A stretch of DNA of 30,332 bases from Gemmatimonadota bacterium (GTDB lineage: Bacteria > Gemmatimonadota > Gemmatimonadetes > Gemmatimonadales > Gemmatimonadaceae). The stretch covers positions 1 to 30,332 of the forward strand of contig JANMLN010000093.1 in the NCBI GenBank assembly GCA_031372565.1, written 5' to 3'. The translations under genes and the position numbers were made by a program. A model generated the notes under the pieces. It saw only the letters and a list, made by a program, of their open reading frames with translations, was not told the DNA's origin and searched no databases. Positions 9,621-19,232 of this stretch are shown in pieces (the first letter of the stretch is position 1; every line of letters begins with the position of its first letter).

Positions 9621-9687
9621 TCTTCACGCAATCTTCACGACGCGTGCGCACCTCTTCACCCGCCCTTCACGCCCGCGATCGTAGCAT
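9621..9687 (+). promoter_or_regulatory. Putative KdpE-binding direct repeats and -10 element of the kdpFABC promoter
   Basis: CTTCAC at 9622, 9633, 9654, 9665 (spacing 11/21/11), followed by TAGCAT at 9682-9687. Confidence 0.65.
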
Positions 9688-9717
9688 CCACGGTGTCCCT
9701 CTTCGTGAGCTGACCCC

Positions 9718-9834
9718 GTGCTCGACTTCATCTTCTCGTTCCTGATCGGCGGCGCGTTCGCGCTCCTCGTCGCCTTCGTGCGTGCCTGCCATGCCCTGGG
9801 CGCCGACCCGGGCGCCGCGAGCGAATCCAAGTGA
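9718..9834 (+). CDS. 38-aa hydrophobic peptide upstream of kdpF (not in ORF track)
   Basis: GTG start; MLDFIFSFLIGGAFALLVAFVRACHALGADPGAASESK; single TM helix; stop overlaps kdpF start (GTGA). Confidence 0.65.
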   Translation: MLDFIFSFLIGGAFALLVAFVRACHALGADPGAASESK

Positions 9835-9920
9835 GCATCGACCTCGTGCTCGGCGCCCTCTGCGCCGTGCTCCTCCTCGGCTACCTCGTCTACGCGCTCC
9901 TCAATCCCGAGCGCTTCTAG
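9831..9920 (+). CDS. kdpF: K+-transporting ATPase subunit F (not in ORF track)
   Basis: 29 aa MSIDLVLGALCAVLLLGYLVYALLNPERF with the YLxYALxxPERF signature, 3 bp before kdpA. Confidence 0.92.
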   Translation: MSIDLVLGALCAVLLLGYLVYALLNPERF

Positions 9921-9923
9921 GCC

Positions 9924-11660
9924 ATGACTCTTCTCGGCTGGTCCCAGATCGTCGTGTTCGCGCTGCTCCTGCTCGCGCTCACGCCGCCGGTGGGCGCGTA
10001 CCTGCTGCGCACCTTCGACGGGCGCTTCACGTGGCTCGGATGGCTCGAGCGTCCGCTCTACCGCGCGGCCGGTGTGAACCCGGCCGACGGCCAGGACTGG
10101 CGCGAGTACACGGTCGCGGTGCTGATCTTCTCGCTGGTCGGCACGCTCGTGACGTACGCCGGCCTGCGCGCACAGGCGCTCCTACCCCTCAACCCGCAGG
10201 CGCTGCCCGGCGTGGTGCCGCGCCAGGCCTTCGAGACCGCGATCTCGTTCGCTACCAACACCAACTGGCAGTCCTACGTCGGCGAGACGACGATGTCGTA
10301 CCTCTCGCAGATGGTGCAGCTGACCTTCCACAACTTCGTCTCGGCGGCCACCGGACTCGGCGTGGCGCTCGCGCTCACGCGCGGGATCGCCCGCCGCAAG
10401 GACCCGCAGGCCCCTGCCGCGCGAGCCACCGTCGGCAACTTCTGGGTGGACCTGGTCCGCGGCACGCTCTACGTCCTGCTGCCGGCTTCGGTGATTCTCG
10501 CCCTGATCTTCGTGTCGCAGGGGGTCATCCAGAACTTCGCTCCCGCGCTCGAGGCCACCACGCTCGAGGGCGCCAAGCAGCTGATCGCCATGGGGCCCGT
10601 CGCCAGCCAGGAAGCCATCAAGCAGCTCGGCACCAATGGCGGCGGCTTCTTCAACGCCAACTCGGCGCATCCATTCGAGAATCCCACGCCGCTGTCCAAC
10701 TGGTTCCAGATGCTGGCCATCTTCATCCTGCCGGCCGGCATCACGTGGACCTTCGGCCGGATGGTGCGACAGCCGAAGCACGGATGGTCGCTCTGGACCG
10801 CCATGATGCTGCTCTTTGTCGTCGGCGCGGGCATCGCGTACTCGGCCGAGGCGCACGGCAATCCGGTGCACGCGGCGCGCGGCGTGGACATCGTCGCCAG
10901 CGCCACGCAGTCCGGCGGCAACATGGAAGGAAAGGAGGTGCGCTTCGGCATCGCGGCGTCCACCCTCTTCGCCACCATCACCACCGACGCCTCCTGCGGC
11001 GCCGTCAACGCCATGCATGACTCGTTCACCGCCATCGGCGGGCTCGTGCCGCTCGTGAACATGCAACTGGGCGAAGTGATCTTCGGCGGCGTGGGGGCTG
11101 GGCTCTACGGCATCCTCGTCATGGTCGTCATCACGGTGTTCATCGCCGGACTGATGGTCGGCCGCACGCCGGAGTACCTCGGCAAGCGGATCCGCAGTCG
11201 CGAGATCCGGATGGCGATGCTGTACGCACTCGTCTTTCCCATGGTCATCCTCCCGCTCACGGCGCTCGCCCTCGCGCGCCCCGAGGGACTGGCCGGGCTG
11301 AACAACGCCGGTCCGCACGGCCTCTCCGAGATCCTCTACGCGTTCACGTCGGCCACGGCCAACAATGGCAGCGCCTTCGCCGGCCTCACAGGCGGCACAA
11401 CCTTCTACAACACGCTGCTCGGGCTCGCCATGCTCGCGGGCCGGTTCGCGATGATCGTCCCCGCCATGGCCCTCGCCGGCTTCCTCGCCGAGCAGGAGCC
11501 GTCGCCCGAGACCGCCGGCACCTTCCCGGTGCGCGGGCCGCTGTTCGTCTTCCTCCTGATCGGCGTGATCCTGATCGTGGGCGCGCTGACCTTCTTCCCG
11601 GCGTTGGCCCTCGGGCCGATCGTCGAGCATCTCCTCACCGCCACCGGGCGCCTCTTCTGA
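9924..11660 (+). CDS. kdpA: K+-transporting ATPase subunit A
   Basis: [39 protein letters not shown] motifs. Confidence 0.97.
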   Translation: MTLLGWSQIVVFALLLLALTPPVGAYLLRTFDGRFTWLGWLERPLYRAAGVNPADGQDWREYTVAVLIFSLVGTLVTYAGLRAQALLPLNPQALPGVVPRQAFETAISFATNTNWQSYVGETTMSYLSQMVQLTFHNFVSAATGLGVALALTRGIARRKDPQAPAARATVGNFWVDLVRGTLYVLLPASVILALIFVSQGVIQNFAPALEATTLEGAKQLIAMGPVASQEAIKQLGTNGGGFFNANSAHPFENPTPLSNWFQMLAIFILPAGITWTFGRMVRQPKHGWSLWTAMMLLFVVGAGIAYSAEAHGNPVHAARGVDIVASATQSGGNMEGKEVRFGIAASTLFATITTDASCGAVNAMHDSFTAIGGLVPLVNMQLGEVIFGGVGAGLYGILVMVVITVFIAGLMVGRTPEYLGKRIRSREIRMAMLYALVFPMVILPLTALALARPEGLAGLNNAGPHGLSEILYAFTSATANNGSAFAGLTGGTTFYNTLLGLAMLAGRFAMIVPAMALAGFLAEQEPSPETAGTFPVRGPLFVFLLIGVILIVGALTFFPALALGPIVEHLLTATGRLF

Positions 11661-13735
11661 TGTCTGCGGCCACGGGTCGTCCCCTCTTCGACGCGCCAAT
11701 CGTCAAGCGCGCGCTGTCGGAGGCCTTCACCAAGCTCACGCCGCGCCATCAGGCGCGGAATCCGGTGATGTTCACCGTCTTCGTGGGCAGTGCGCTGACC
11801 ACGCTCATCGCTGCTCGCGACCTCTTCACCGGCGTGCCCGGCGTGGGCGTCACGCTCCAACTCGCGGCTTGGCTCTGGTTCACCGTGCTCTTCGCCAACT
11901 TCGCCGAGGCGATGGCCGAGGGGCGCGGCAAGGCGCAGGCCGATGCCATGCGCAAGTCGCAGACGCAGACCTTTGCGAGACGGCTCATCAATCCGAATGA
12001 CCGGATGCTCTTCGACACCGTCAACGCGACGGAGCTGATGAAGGGCGACGTCGTGCTCTGTGTCGCGGGCGACATCATCCCGCGCGACGCCGAGGCCATT
12101 CAAGGCGTCGCCAGCGTGGATGAGTCCGCCATCACGGGCGAGTCCGCGCCGGTCATCCGCGAGGCGGGCGGCGACCGGTCGGCACTCACCGGCGGCACCA
12201 AGGTGCTCTCCGACTGGCTCGTCCTCCGCGTCACGGCCAACCCGGGCGAGTCGTTCCTCGATCGGATGATCGCGCTGGTGGAGGGGGCCGTGCGGCAGAA
12301 GACGCCGAACGAGATCGCCCTGACGATCCTGCTCGCGGGCATGACGATCATCTTCATCCTCGCCGTGGCCACGCTGCAGCCGATGGCGGCCTACAGCAAC
12401 GCGCCGGCGTCGGTCCCGGTGCTCGTCGCCCTCACCGTCTGCCTCATCCCGACCACGATCGGCGGCCTCCTCTCCGCCATCGGCATTGCCGGCATGGATC
12501 GCCTGATCCAGCAGAACGTCATTGCCACCAGCGGGCGCGCCGTGGAGGCTGCGGGCGACGTGAACACTCTCCTGCTCGACAAGACCGGCACCATCACGCT
12601 GGGCAATCGCCAGGCCACGAAGTTCCACGTGCTGCCCGGCATCACGGAGCAGCAGCTCGCCGACCGGGCCCAGCTCGCGTCGCTCGCCGACGAGACGCCC
12701 GAGGGACGTAGCATCGTCATCCTCGCCAAGGAGCAGTACAACCTGCGCGGCCGCGAACTCACCGGTGCGGCCGGCAACCCGGACGACGTCAAGTTCGTGG
12801 CGTTCACGGCCGAAACGCGCATGAGCGGCGTGGACACGCCGGCCGGCGAGCTGCGCAAGGGCGCGGCCGACGCCGTGGTCACGTGGGTCCGCACGCACGG
12901 TGGCGTGCTCCCCGATGCGCTCGGCGCCACCGTGGACGCCATCGCGCGCGAGGGGGCCACGCCGCTCGTGGTCGCCGAGCGGAGCGAGGGGGTGGCGCGC
13001 ATCCTCGGTGTCATCGAGTTGCGCGACGTCGTGAAGGGGGGCATCCGCGAGCGCTTCGAGCGGCTGCGCGCCATGGGCATCCGCACCGTCATGATCACCG
13101 GCGACAATCCGCTGACGGCCGCCGCGATCGCGCGCGAGGCCGGCGTGGACGACTTTCTCGCCGAGGCGCGTCCCGAGGACAAGCTCGCGCTCATCCGGCG
13201 CGAACAGGCGGGCGGAAGGCTCGTGGCCATGACCGGTGACGGCACGAACGATGCGCCGGCGCTCGCGCAAGCCGATGTCGGTGTGGCCATGAACTCGGGA
13301 ACCAACGCCGCCAAGGAAGCGGGCAACATGGTGGACCTGGACTCCAATCCCACCAAGCTCATCGAGATCGTGGAGATCGGGAAGCAGCTGTTGATGACGC
13401 GCGGCGCGCTCACGACCTTCTCGATTTCCAATGATGTCGCCAAGTACTTCGCCATCATCCCGGCCATGTTCGTGGGCGCGTTTCCCGCGCTGGCGGCGCT
13501 CAACATCATGCGGCTCCACTCGCCGTCCTCGGCGATCCTGAGCTCCGTGATCTTCAACGCGCTGATCATCGTCGCCCTGATCCCGCTCGCGCTCCGGGGG
13601 GTGCAATACCGCCCCATGGGCGCCGCCGTCATCCTGCGCCGCAACCTCGTCGTGTACGGGTTGGGCGGCTTGCTCGTGCCGTTCGTCGGTATCAAGATCG
13701 TCGACGTGCTGCTCGTCGCCCTCCATCTGGTCTGA
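11660..13735 (+). CDS. kdpB: K+-transporting P-type ATPase subunit B
   Basis: RNPVMF, TGES, DKTGTIT phosphorylation site, [14 protein letters not shown]. Confidence 0.97.
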   Translation: MSAATGRPLFDAPIVKRALSEAFTKLTPRHQARNPVMFTVFVGSALTTLIAARDLFTGVPGVGVTLQLAAWLWFTVLFANFAEAMAEGRGKAQADAMRKSQTQTFARRLINPNDRMLFDTVNATELMKGDVVLCVAGDIIPRDAEAIQGVASVDESAITGESAPVIREAGGDRSALTGGTKVLSDWLVLRVTANPGESFLDRMIALVEGAVRQKTPNEIALTILLAGMTIIFILAVATLQPMAAYSNAPASVPVLVALTVCLIPTTIGGLLSAIGIAGMDRLIQQNVIATSGRAVEAAGDVNTLLLDKTGTITLGNRQATKFHVLPGITEQQLADRAQLASLADETPEGRSIVILAKEQYNLRGRELTGAAGNPDDVKFVAFTAETRMSGVDTPAGELRKGAADAVVTWVRTHGGVLPDALGATVDAIAREGATPLVVAERSEGVARILGVIELRDVVKGGIRERFERLRAMGIRTVMITGDNPLTAAAIAREAGVDDFLAEARPEDKLALIRREQAGGRLVAMTGDGTNDAPALAQADVGVAMNSGTNAAKEAGNMVDLDSNPTKLIEIVEIGKQLLMTRGALTTFSISNDVAKYFAIIPAMFVGAFPALAALNIMRLHSPSSAILSSVIFNALIIVALIPLALRGVQYRPMGAAVILRRNLVVYGLGGLLVPFVGIKIVDVLLVALHLV

Positions 13736-13739
13736 TCCC

Positions 13740-14333
13740 ATGGTCCGCTCCGCCATTCGTCCCGCGCTTGCGCTCACGGCGCTGCTCATGATTCTCACGG
13801 GCGCGGTGTATCCCGCCGTCGTCACCGGGCTCGCCCGCGTGCTCTTCGCCTCGCAGGCCGACGGGTCCATCGTGACCGCCGACGGCCGCACGGTGGGCAG
13901 CGCGCTCATCGGTCAATCGTTCACCAGGCCCGAGTACTTCCACCCGCGTCCATCGGCCGCAGGTGCGGGCTACGACGCGATGGCCTCGAGCGGCACGAAC
14001 AAGGGTCCGCTCGATGCCAAGCTCGCCGATACGCTCGTCGCGGGCGTCGTGGCCCGCATCGTGTCCGAGGATGGCGCGACGAAGGGCGCCGTCCCGGCCG
14101 ACTACGCAACCTCGTCGGCGTCGGGTCTCGACCCGCACGTCTCGCCCGCGACGGCGTACCTGCAGGTGGCGCGCGTGGCCCGCGCCCGCGGCGCAGACGA
14201 AGCGAAGATCCGCGCGCTCGTGGACCAGCACGTGGAGGGGCGTACGTTCGGATTTCTCGGCGAGCCCCGCGTGAACGTCCTTGTGCTCAACCTCGACCTC
14301 AATCGTGCCGTACCGCTGGCGCAGGTGAAATAG
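13740..14333 (+). CDS. kdpC: K+-transporting ATPase subunit C
   Basis: N-terminal TM, GSALIGQSF, YFHPRPSAAG, SASGLDPHVS, GEPRVNVLVLN. Confidence 0.96.
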   Translation: MVRSAIRPALALTALLMILTGAVYPAVVTGLARVLFASQADGSIVTADGRTVGSALIGQSFTRPEYFHPRPSAAGAGYDAMASSGTNKGPLDAKLADTLVAGVVARIVSEDGATKGAVPADYATSSASGLDPHVSPATAYLQVARVARARGADEAKIRALVDQHVEGRTFGFLGEPRVNVLVLNLDLNRAVPLAQVK

Positions 14334-14338
14334 ATCCC

Positions 14339-15544
14339 ATGTCGTTCGTCCCGCAGAAGCGCGACTCAACCGCTCCGTGCTCGTTAGACTCTGATGCCAT
14401 GGCTCCCGTGATCGCGCGCACGCTGGCCGTCGCCGCCCTTCAGCTGGTCGCCTCGGTTGCCCTCGCAACCGGGACGCTGGGCGCGCAGACCCCCACGCCC
14501 CCGCCGGTCGCCGCCGTCGCGCCCGACACCAGCACGCGATTCGCCGTCGGCGGCTTCGCGGACATCTACTATGGTTGGGATGGTGGCCGTCCGCGCACGC
14601 TCGACCGCGCCTACGTCACCACCGCGGCGCGCCACAACGAGTTCAACGTCAATCTCGCGTTCATCGACGCCACCCTCGTCGGCCCGCGCGTGCGCGGCCG
14701 CGTCGCCTTCCAGTTCGGCACCAGCGTGCAGGCCAACTATGCCGGCGAGCCACGGCTTGGATCGCTCTCGGGCCCCGACGTCTCGCGCTACATCCAGGAG
14801 GCCACGATCGGCCTCAAGGTGCGCGACGATCTCTGGATCGACGGCGGCGTCTTCTTCGCTCCCTTTGGCGCCGAGAGCTGGATCTCGCGCGACAACCTCA
14901 CCTACACGCGGTCGTTCATCGCCGACTACTCGCCGTACTATGAGGCCGGCGTCCGCGCGACCTGGCAGGTGGCGCCCACCTTCGCCGCGCAGTTCCACGT
15001 CATCAACGGCTGGCAGAACATCTCCGAGACCAACGGCGACAAGGCCTTCGCCGTCCGCCTCGACTGGCAGGCGCAGCCCAACCTCGCGTTCACGTACGAT
15101 GCCTTTCTGGGAAATGAGCAGCCCGACTCGCTCCCCTCGCGCCTCCGCCAGTTCCACGAGGTCATCGCCCAGTGGACGCCCTCCGAGCCGCTGGTGCTGC
15201 GCCTCTCCCTCGACGTCGGCCGCGAGGCCCGCGCCGTCGGCGCCAGCGACTGGTGGGGCGGCGCGCTCATCGGCAAGTACAGCGTGTCACCCACCGTCGC
15301 ACTCGTCGGCCGCGTGGAACAGTACAACGACCCCGATCGCGTGCTCGTGACGGCGGCCCCGGCCCCAGTGCGCATCTCCGGCGCCTCGTTCGGCGTGGAT
15401 ATCGTGCCCGCGCCCAAGGTCGTCTGGCGGACGGAGCTGCGCGCCCTGCGCGCCACCGACGCCATCTTCCCCGATCGTGACGCCGCCGGCGGCTTCGCCT
15501 CGCGCAACATCTCGGCGGTCACGTCGCTGGGGTGGACCTTCTGA
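14339..15544 (+). CDS. Outer-membrane beta-barrel porin (putative porin-2/OmpL-like family)
   Basis: Signal peptide, GGFADIYYGWD, HNEFNVNLA, PYYEAGVR, INGWQNI, C-terminal WTF; alternative start ATG 14399. Confidence 0.8.
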   Translation: MSFVPQKRDSTAPCSLDSDAMAPVIARTLAVAALQLVASVALATGTLGAQTPTPPPVAAVAPDTSTRFAVGGFADIYYGWDGGRPRTLDRAYVTTAARHNEFNVNLAFIDATLVGPRVRGRVAFQFGTSVQANYAGEPRLGSLSGPDVSRYIQEATIGLKVRDDLWIDGGVFFAPFGAESWISRDNLTYTRSFIADYSPYYEAGVRATWQVAPTFAAQFHVINGWQNISETNGDKAFAVRLDWQAQPNLAFTYDAFLGNEQPDSLPSRLRQFHEVIAQWTPSEPLVLRLSLDVGREARAVGASDWWGGALIGKYSVSPTVALVGRVEQYNDPDRVLVTAAPAPVRISGASFGVDIVPAPKVVWRTELRALRATDAIFPDRDAAGGFASRNISAVTSLGWTF

Positions 15545-15561
15545 CCACCCCGATCGGCCCC

Positions 15562-16734
15562 GTGTCGCCACGGAGCGCCACGTCGGCGCCCACCGGCGAG
15601 TTCCTCGCGCTCATCTCCGAGCGCGCGCGGGGCCGCCTCAAGGTGTATGTCGGATCGGCTGCGGGGACGGGCAAGACCTACCGCATGCTGCAGGAAGCGC
15701 ACGACCTGCGCCGCCGCCAGGTGGACTGCGTCATCGGTTTCATCGAGACGCACGGCCGCGCCGAGACGGCCGAGCAAGTGCGCGACCTCGAGATCATCCC
15801 GCGCCGGCGCATGGCCTATCGCGGGATCGAGGTCGAGGAGATGGACCTCGACGCGATCCTCGTGCGTCGCCCGGCGGTCGCGCTGGTCGACGAGCTCGCG
15901 CATACCAACGTCCCCGGATCACTCCACCAGAAGCGCTGGGAAGACGTCCTCACCCTGCTCGAGCAGGGCATCTCCGTCATCACCGCCGTCAACGTCCAGC
16001 ACCTCGAGTCGCTCAACGACGTCCTCCAGCGCTCGCTCGGCGTCACCATCCGCGAGACCATTCCCGACTGGCTCCTCTCGGTGGCCGATCAGGTCGTGAA
16101 CCTCGACATTCCCGCCGAGGACCTGCGCCAGCGCCTCACCGACGGCAAGATCTACCCGGCCGACAAGATCCAGGCGGCACTCTCCAACTTCTTCGTCGAG
16201 GAGAACCTCGCCACGCTGCGGGAACTCGCCCTGCGCGAGGTGGCCAACTCCGTCGATCGGCAGCGGGAGGAGAACGCCGCGCGCGAGGCCGGCACGGGCG
16301 CCGGACCGCCCGAGCCGCGCACCGTCGATCGCGTGCTCGTCGGCATGTCCGCCAACCCCGCGGACACACGCGCCCTCCTGCGGCAGGCCACGCGAATCGC
16401 CGGTCGCCTCAACTCTGACTGGTACTGCGCGTGGGTGCGCACTCCGGCGGACCGCGCGGATCGCATTGCCACCGAACGGCAGCGCCACGTTGTGGACAAC
16501 ATGCAGCGCGCGCAGGCACTGGGCGCCGAGGTCGTCACGCTCGATGGCACCGACGTCGCACAGGTGCTGCTCGACTTCGCCCAGGCGCACGGCTGCTCGA
16601 TGATCATCATCGGACCGACGCGGCAGGGCTGGTGGGGGCGCGCCGTGCGCCCGTCCATCGCGGCCACCCTGCTCGCCGCGAAGCGCGACGTGGACGTGCT
16701 GGTGGTGCGGACCTCGGTGGAGGGCGCCTCGTGA
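15562..16734 (+). CDS. kdpD: Stand-alone KdpD N-terminal domain plus Usp-like domain (soluble, no histidine kinase)
   Basis: RGRLKVYVGSAAGTGKTYRML Walker A, VDELAHTN, NVQHLESLND, LRELALRE, then Usp-like DRVLVGMS...; start uncertain (15532 or 15562). Confidence 0.88.
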   Translation: MSPRSATSAPTGEFLALISERARGRLKVYVGSAAGTGKTYRMLQEAHDLRRRQVDCVIGFIETHGRAETAEQVRDLEIIPRRRMAYRGIEVEEMDLDAILVRRPAVALVDELAHTNVPGSLHQKRWEDVLTLLEQGISVITAVNVQHLESLNDVLQRSLGVTIRETIPDWLLSVADQVVNLDIPAEDLRQRLTDGKIYPADKIQAALSNFFVEENLATLRELALREVANSVDRQREENAAREAGTGAGPPEPRTVDRVLVGMSANPADTRALLRQATRIAGRLNSDWYCAWVRTPADRADRIATERQRHVVDNMQRAQALGAEVVTLDGTDVAQVLLDFAQAHGCSMIIIGPTRQGWWGRAVRPSIAATLLAAKRDVDVLVVRTSVEGAS

Positions 16735-17696
16735 CGGTTGGCCAACGGCTCTACCTCATGGTCCTCCCCGGCATTCTCGGCGTCGGCCTGGCCGTCGCCC
16801 TGGCCTACTGGGGCGAGTACGACCGGCAGGCGCCGTTGGGCTTCGTCGTCATCGCCGTGACGGTTGCACTCATCTCCGCCGCGGTGGCCTGGTACAACGC
16901 ACGCTACTTGAGCCGGCGCCTCGACCAGCTGGCGCATGCCCGTCGCGCCACCGAGTTCGAGCGGCTGCTCTCGCCCATCACCGGCGCACTCGGCCCCGAT
17001 GAACTCGACACCATCGAGGGGTTCGTCGCGCGGCTCGGCGAGCGGGTGCAGCAACTCACGCGTGAGGCGGACGGCGCGCGTGCCGCCGCCACCGACGAGC
17101 GTCGTGCGCTCGCCGCCCTGCTCGCCGAGGTGTCGCGAGCGGCGCGCCTCGCCGTGGACGAGGCGCGCCTTCCGCTGCACATCCTCGTCGAGGCACCGTT
17201 CGGCGAACTCAACGACAATCAACTTGAACTCCTCGCCGATGCACGGGCGGCGGCGGAGCGTGGCGACCGCGCGCTCGCACGACTCGAGGACGCGGGCGCA
17301 CTCCTGGCGGGCACGACCCTCGCACGGGCCGAGCGCGTCTCGATCACCGAGGTGCTGCGGTCGATCGAGCCGCAACTCAAGGCGGCGGCCGTGCGCGCCC
17401 ACGTCTCCATCTCGCTCGACATCCAGCCGGCACTCCCGCGCGTGCTCGGCGACCGGGAACGCCTGCGCGAGGCGTTGCTCGCGCTCGTGCTCGATGCGCT
17501 GACCGACGGGGAGGCCGGCGCCTCCGTGCACGTGGGCGCCGAGATCGTGGGCGGCGTGCCGAGGATGACGATCCGACCGGTGACAGCGGCCCGCACGCTG
17601 GAGGCGCACGCGGCGATGCTCGAACTGCCGGCGCTCGGCCTGCGCGCGTCGCGTGACGGATCGACGCTCGTGCTTGATGTCGGTCGGGTCGACTGA
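16731..17696 (+). CDS. Membrane histidine-kinase-like protein with degenerate catalytic motifs (2 TM, HAMP-like, DHp-like, eroded HATPase)
   Basis: GTGA overlap with upstream gene; DEARLPL in place of HELRTPL, FGELNDNQLELL, LPRVLGDRERLREALLALVLDAL in place of D..RL.Q.L.NL..NA; no DxGxG or GxGLG. Confidence 0.7.
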   Translation: MTVGQRLYLMVLPGILGVGLAVALAYWGEYDRQAPLGFVVIAVTVALISAAVAWYNARYLSRRLDQLAHARRATEFERLLSPITGALGPDELDTIEGFVARLGERVQQLTREADGARAAATDERRALAALLAEVSRAARLAVDEARLPLHILVEAPFGELNDNQLELLADARAAAERGDRALARLEDAGALLAGTTLARAERVSITEVLRSIEPQLKAAAVRAHVSISLDIQPALPRVLGDRERLREALLALVLDALTDGEAGASVHVGAEIVGGVPRMTIRPVTAARTLEAHAAMLELPALGLRASRDGSTLVLDVGRVD

Positions 17697-17753
17697 CGTC
17701 CGGTCGGCGGCACCCCGCTTGCCGCGCGCATACCCGCCCGTAGCTTCTCGCCG

Positions 17754-19232
17754 GTGTCGCTCCTCGATCTCCTCGATGGCGCCCTCATCGGGCGTGCCGT
17801 GCATCCGGCACTTGAGGCGGAGGACGCCACCGGACGCCCGCTCCGCCTGACCTTCGGCGACCTCGAGACGCGAAGCAACGCGATGGCCGCCGCGCTCACG
17901 GCCCGAGGCCTCGTCGGTGGCGACCGGCTCGGCATCTTCCTGCTTAACCGCGTCGAGATCATCGACCTCTGGCTCGCCACGCTCAAGCTCGGCGTCATCG
18001 CGGTGCCCACCAACGTGTTGTACCGCGAGCGCGAGCTCACGCACATCATCGGCGATGCCGAGCCGAAGGCCGTGGTCACCTCGAGCGACCTCGCCGTGCA
18101 TCTGCCCGCGGGCGTCGCCAGCTGGGACGTGAACGACCTCGCGCGCGAGGCCCGCACGCTCGACGACGCAACGCGGCCAACCCAGCACGCGGCTGACGGC
18201 ACCCCAGTCGCGCTCATCTACACGTCGGGCACCACCGGTACGGCAAAGGGCGCCATTCTCACCCACGGCAACTTTGCCGCCAACGCGCGCGCCATCGTCG
18301 ATGCGTGGCGCATCACCCACCACGACCGCTTTCTCTGCACCCTCCCGCTCTTCCATGTCCACGGACTCGGCAATGGCATCCACGCCTGGCTCGCGAGCGG
18401 CTGCCACATGAAGCTCGTCGAGCGGTTCGAGGGCGCACGGGCGGAGGCGCTGTTCACGTCGTACACGCCGACGCTCTTCTTTGGCGTGCCGACCATGTAC
18501 GTGCGACTGCTCGAGCTCCCGCCCGAGGCGGCCACCACGATCGGGCAGCACGCGCGGCTCTTCGTGTCGGGCTCAGCGCCACTCCCGCCGCACGTGCTCG
18601 AGGCATTCAACGTGCGCTACGGCCACGTGATCCTCGAACGCTACGGCATGACCGAAACGCTGATGAACGCCGGTAACCCGTATGAGGGCGAGCGTCGCGC
18701 GGGGACCGTGGGACGCGCCTTCGATGGCGTGCAAATCCGCATCCGGGATGAACACGGGCAGGACGTTCCCGATACCGCGAGTGGCGAGCTCTGGATCAAG
18801 GGGCCCAACGTCTGCGACGGCTACTGGCGGCGCCCCGATGCGACCGCCGCCGCCTTCGTCGACGGCTGGTTCCGCACCGGCGACCTGGGTGCGCGCGCCG
18901 CCGACGGCTACATCACCCTGCAGGGACGCCGTTCCGAACTCATCATCTCCGGCGGCTTCAACATCTATCCGCGCGAGATCGAGGAGCTGTTGCTCGAACA
19001 GCCCGGTGTGCGCGAGGCCACCGTCGTCGGGGCCACCGACCCCGTGCGCGGCGAAGTGCCGGTCGCCTATCTCGTCAGCGATGCACCGCTCGACACCGAG
19101 GCGATCACCGCCACGCTGCGCACGCAACTCGCCTCGTTCAAGCTCCCGCGCGCCTTCGTCCGCGTCGACAGTCTGCCACGCACCGCACTCGGCAAGGTGC
19201 AGAAGCATCTCCTGCCGCCGGTCACCTCGTGA
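17754..19232 (+). CDS. Acyl-CoA synthetase, malonyl-CoA synthetase (MatB)-like
   Basis: YTSGTTGTAKG AMP-binding loop, LPLFHVHGL, ERYGMTETLMN..NPYEGERRAGTVG, GWFRTGDLG, GKVQK; adjacent MatC-like carrier. Confidence 0.8.
   Translation: MSLLDLLDGALIGRAVHPALEAEDATGRPLRLTFGDLETRSNAMAAALTARGLVGGDRLGIFLLNRVEIIDLWLATLKLGVIAVPTNVLYRERELTHIIGDAEPKAVVTSSDLAVHLPAGVASWDVNDLAREARTLDDATRPTQHAADGTPVALIYTSGTTGTAKGAILTHGNFAANARAIVDAWRITHHDRFLCTLPLFHVHGLGNGIHAWLASGCHMKLVERFEGARAEALFTSYTPTLFFGVPTMYVRLLELPPEAATTIGQHARLFVSGSAPLPPHVLEAFNVRYGHVILERYGMTETLMNAGNPYEGERRAGTVGRAFDGVQIRIRDEHGQDVPDTASGELWIKGPNVCDGYWRRPDATAAAFVDGWFRTGDLGARAADGYITLQGRRSELIISGGFNIYPREIEELLLEQPGVREATVVGATDPVRGEVPVAYLVSDAPLDTEAITATLRTQLASFKLPRAFVRVDSLPRTALGKVQKHLLPPVTS

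Noticed and set aside
11405..13909. 834-aa antisense ORF, and similar long ORFs at 3063-5291, 16152-18551, 5504-7099, 10182-11699 and 26974-28533
   Set aside because: They lie opposite or over well-supported genes, are Arg/Gly/Ala-rich with no motifs, and are the expected shadow ORFs of GC-rich codon usage.
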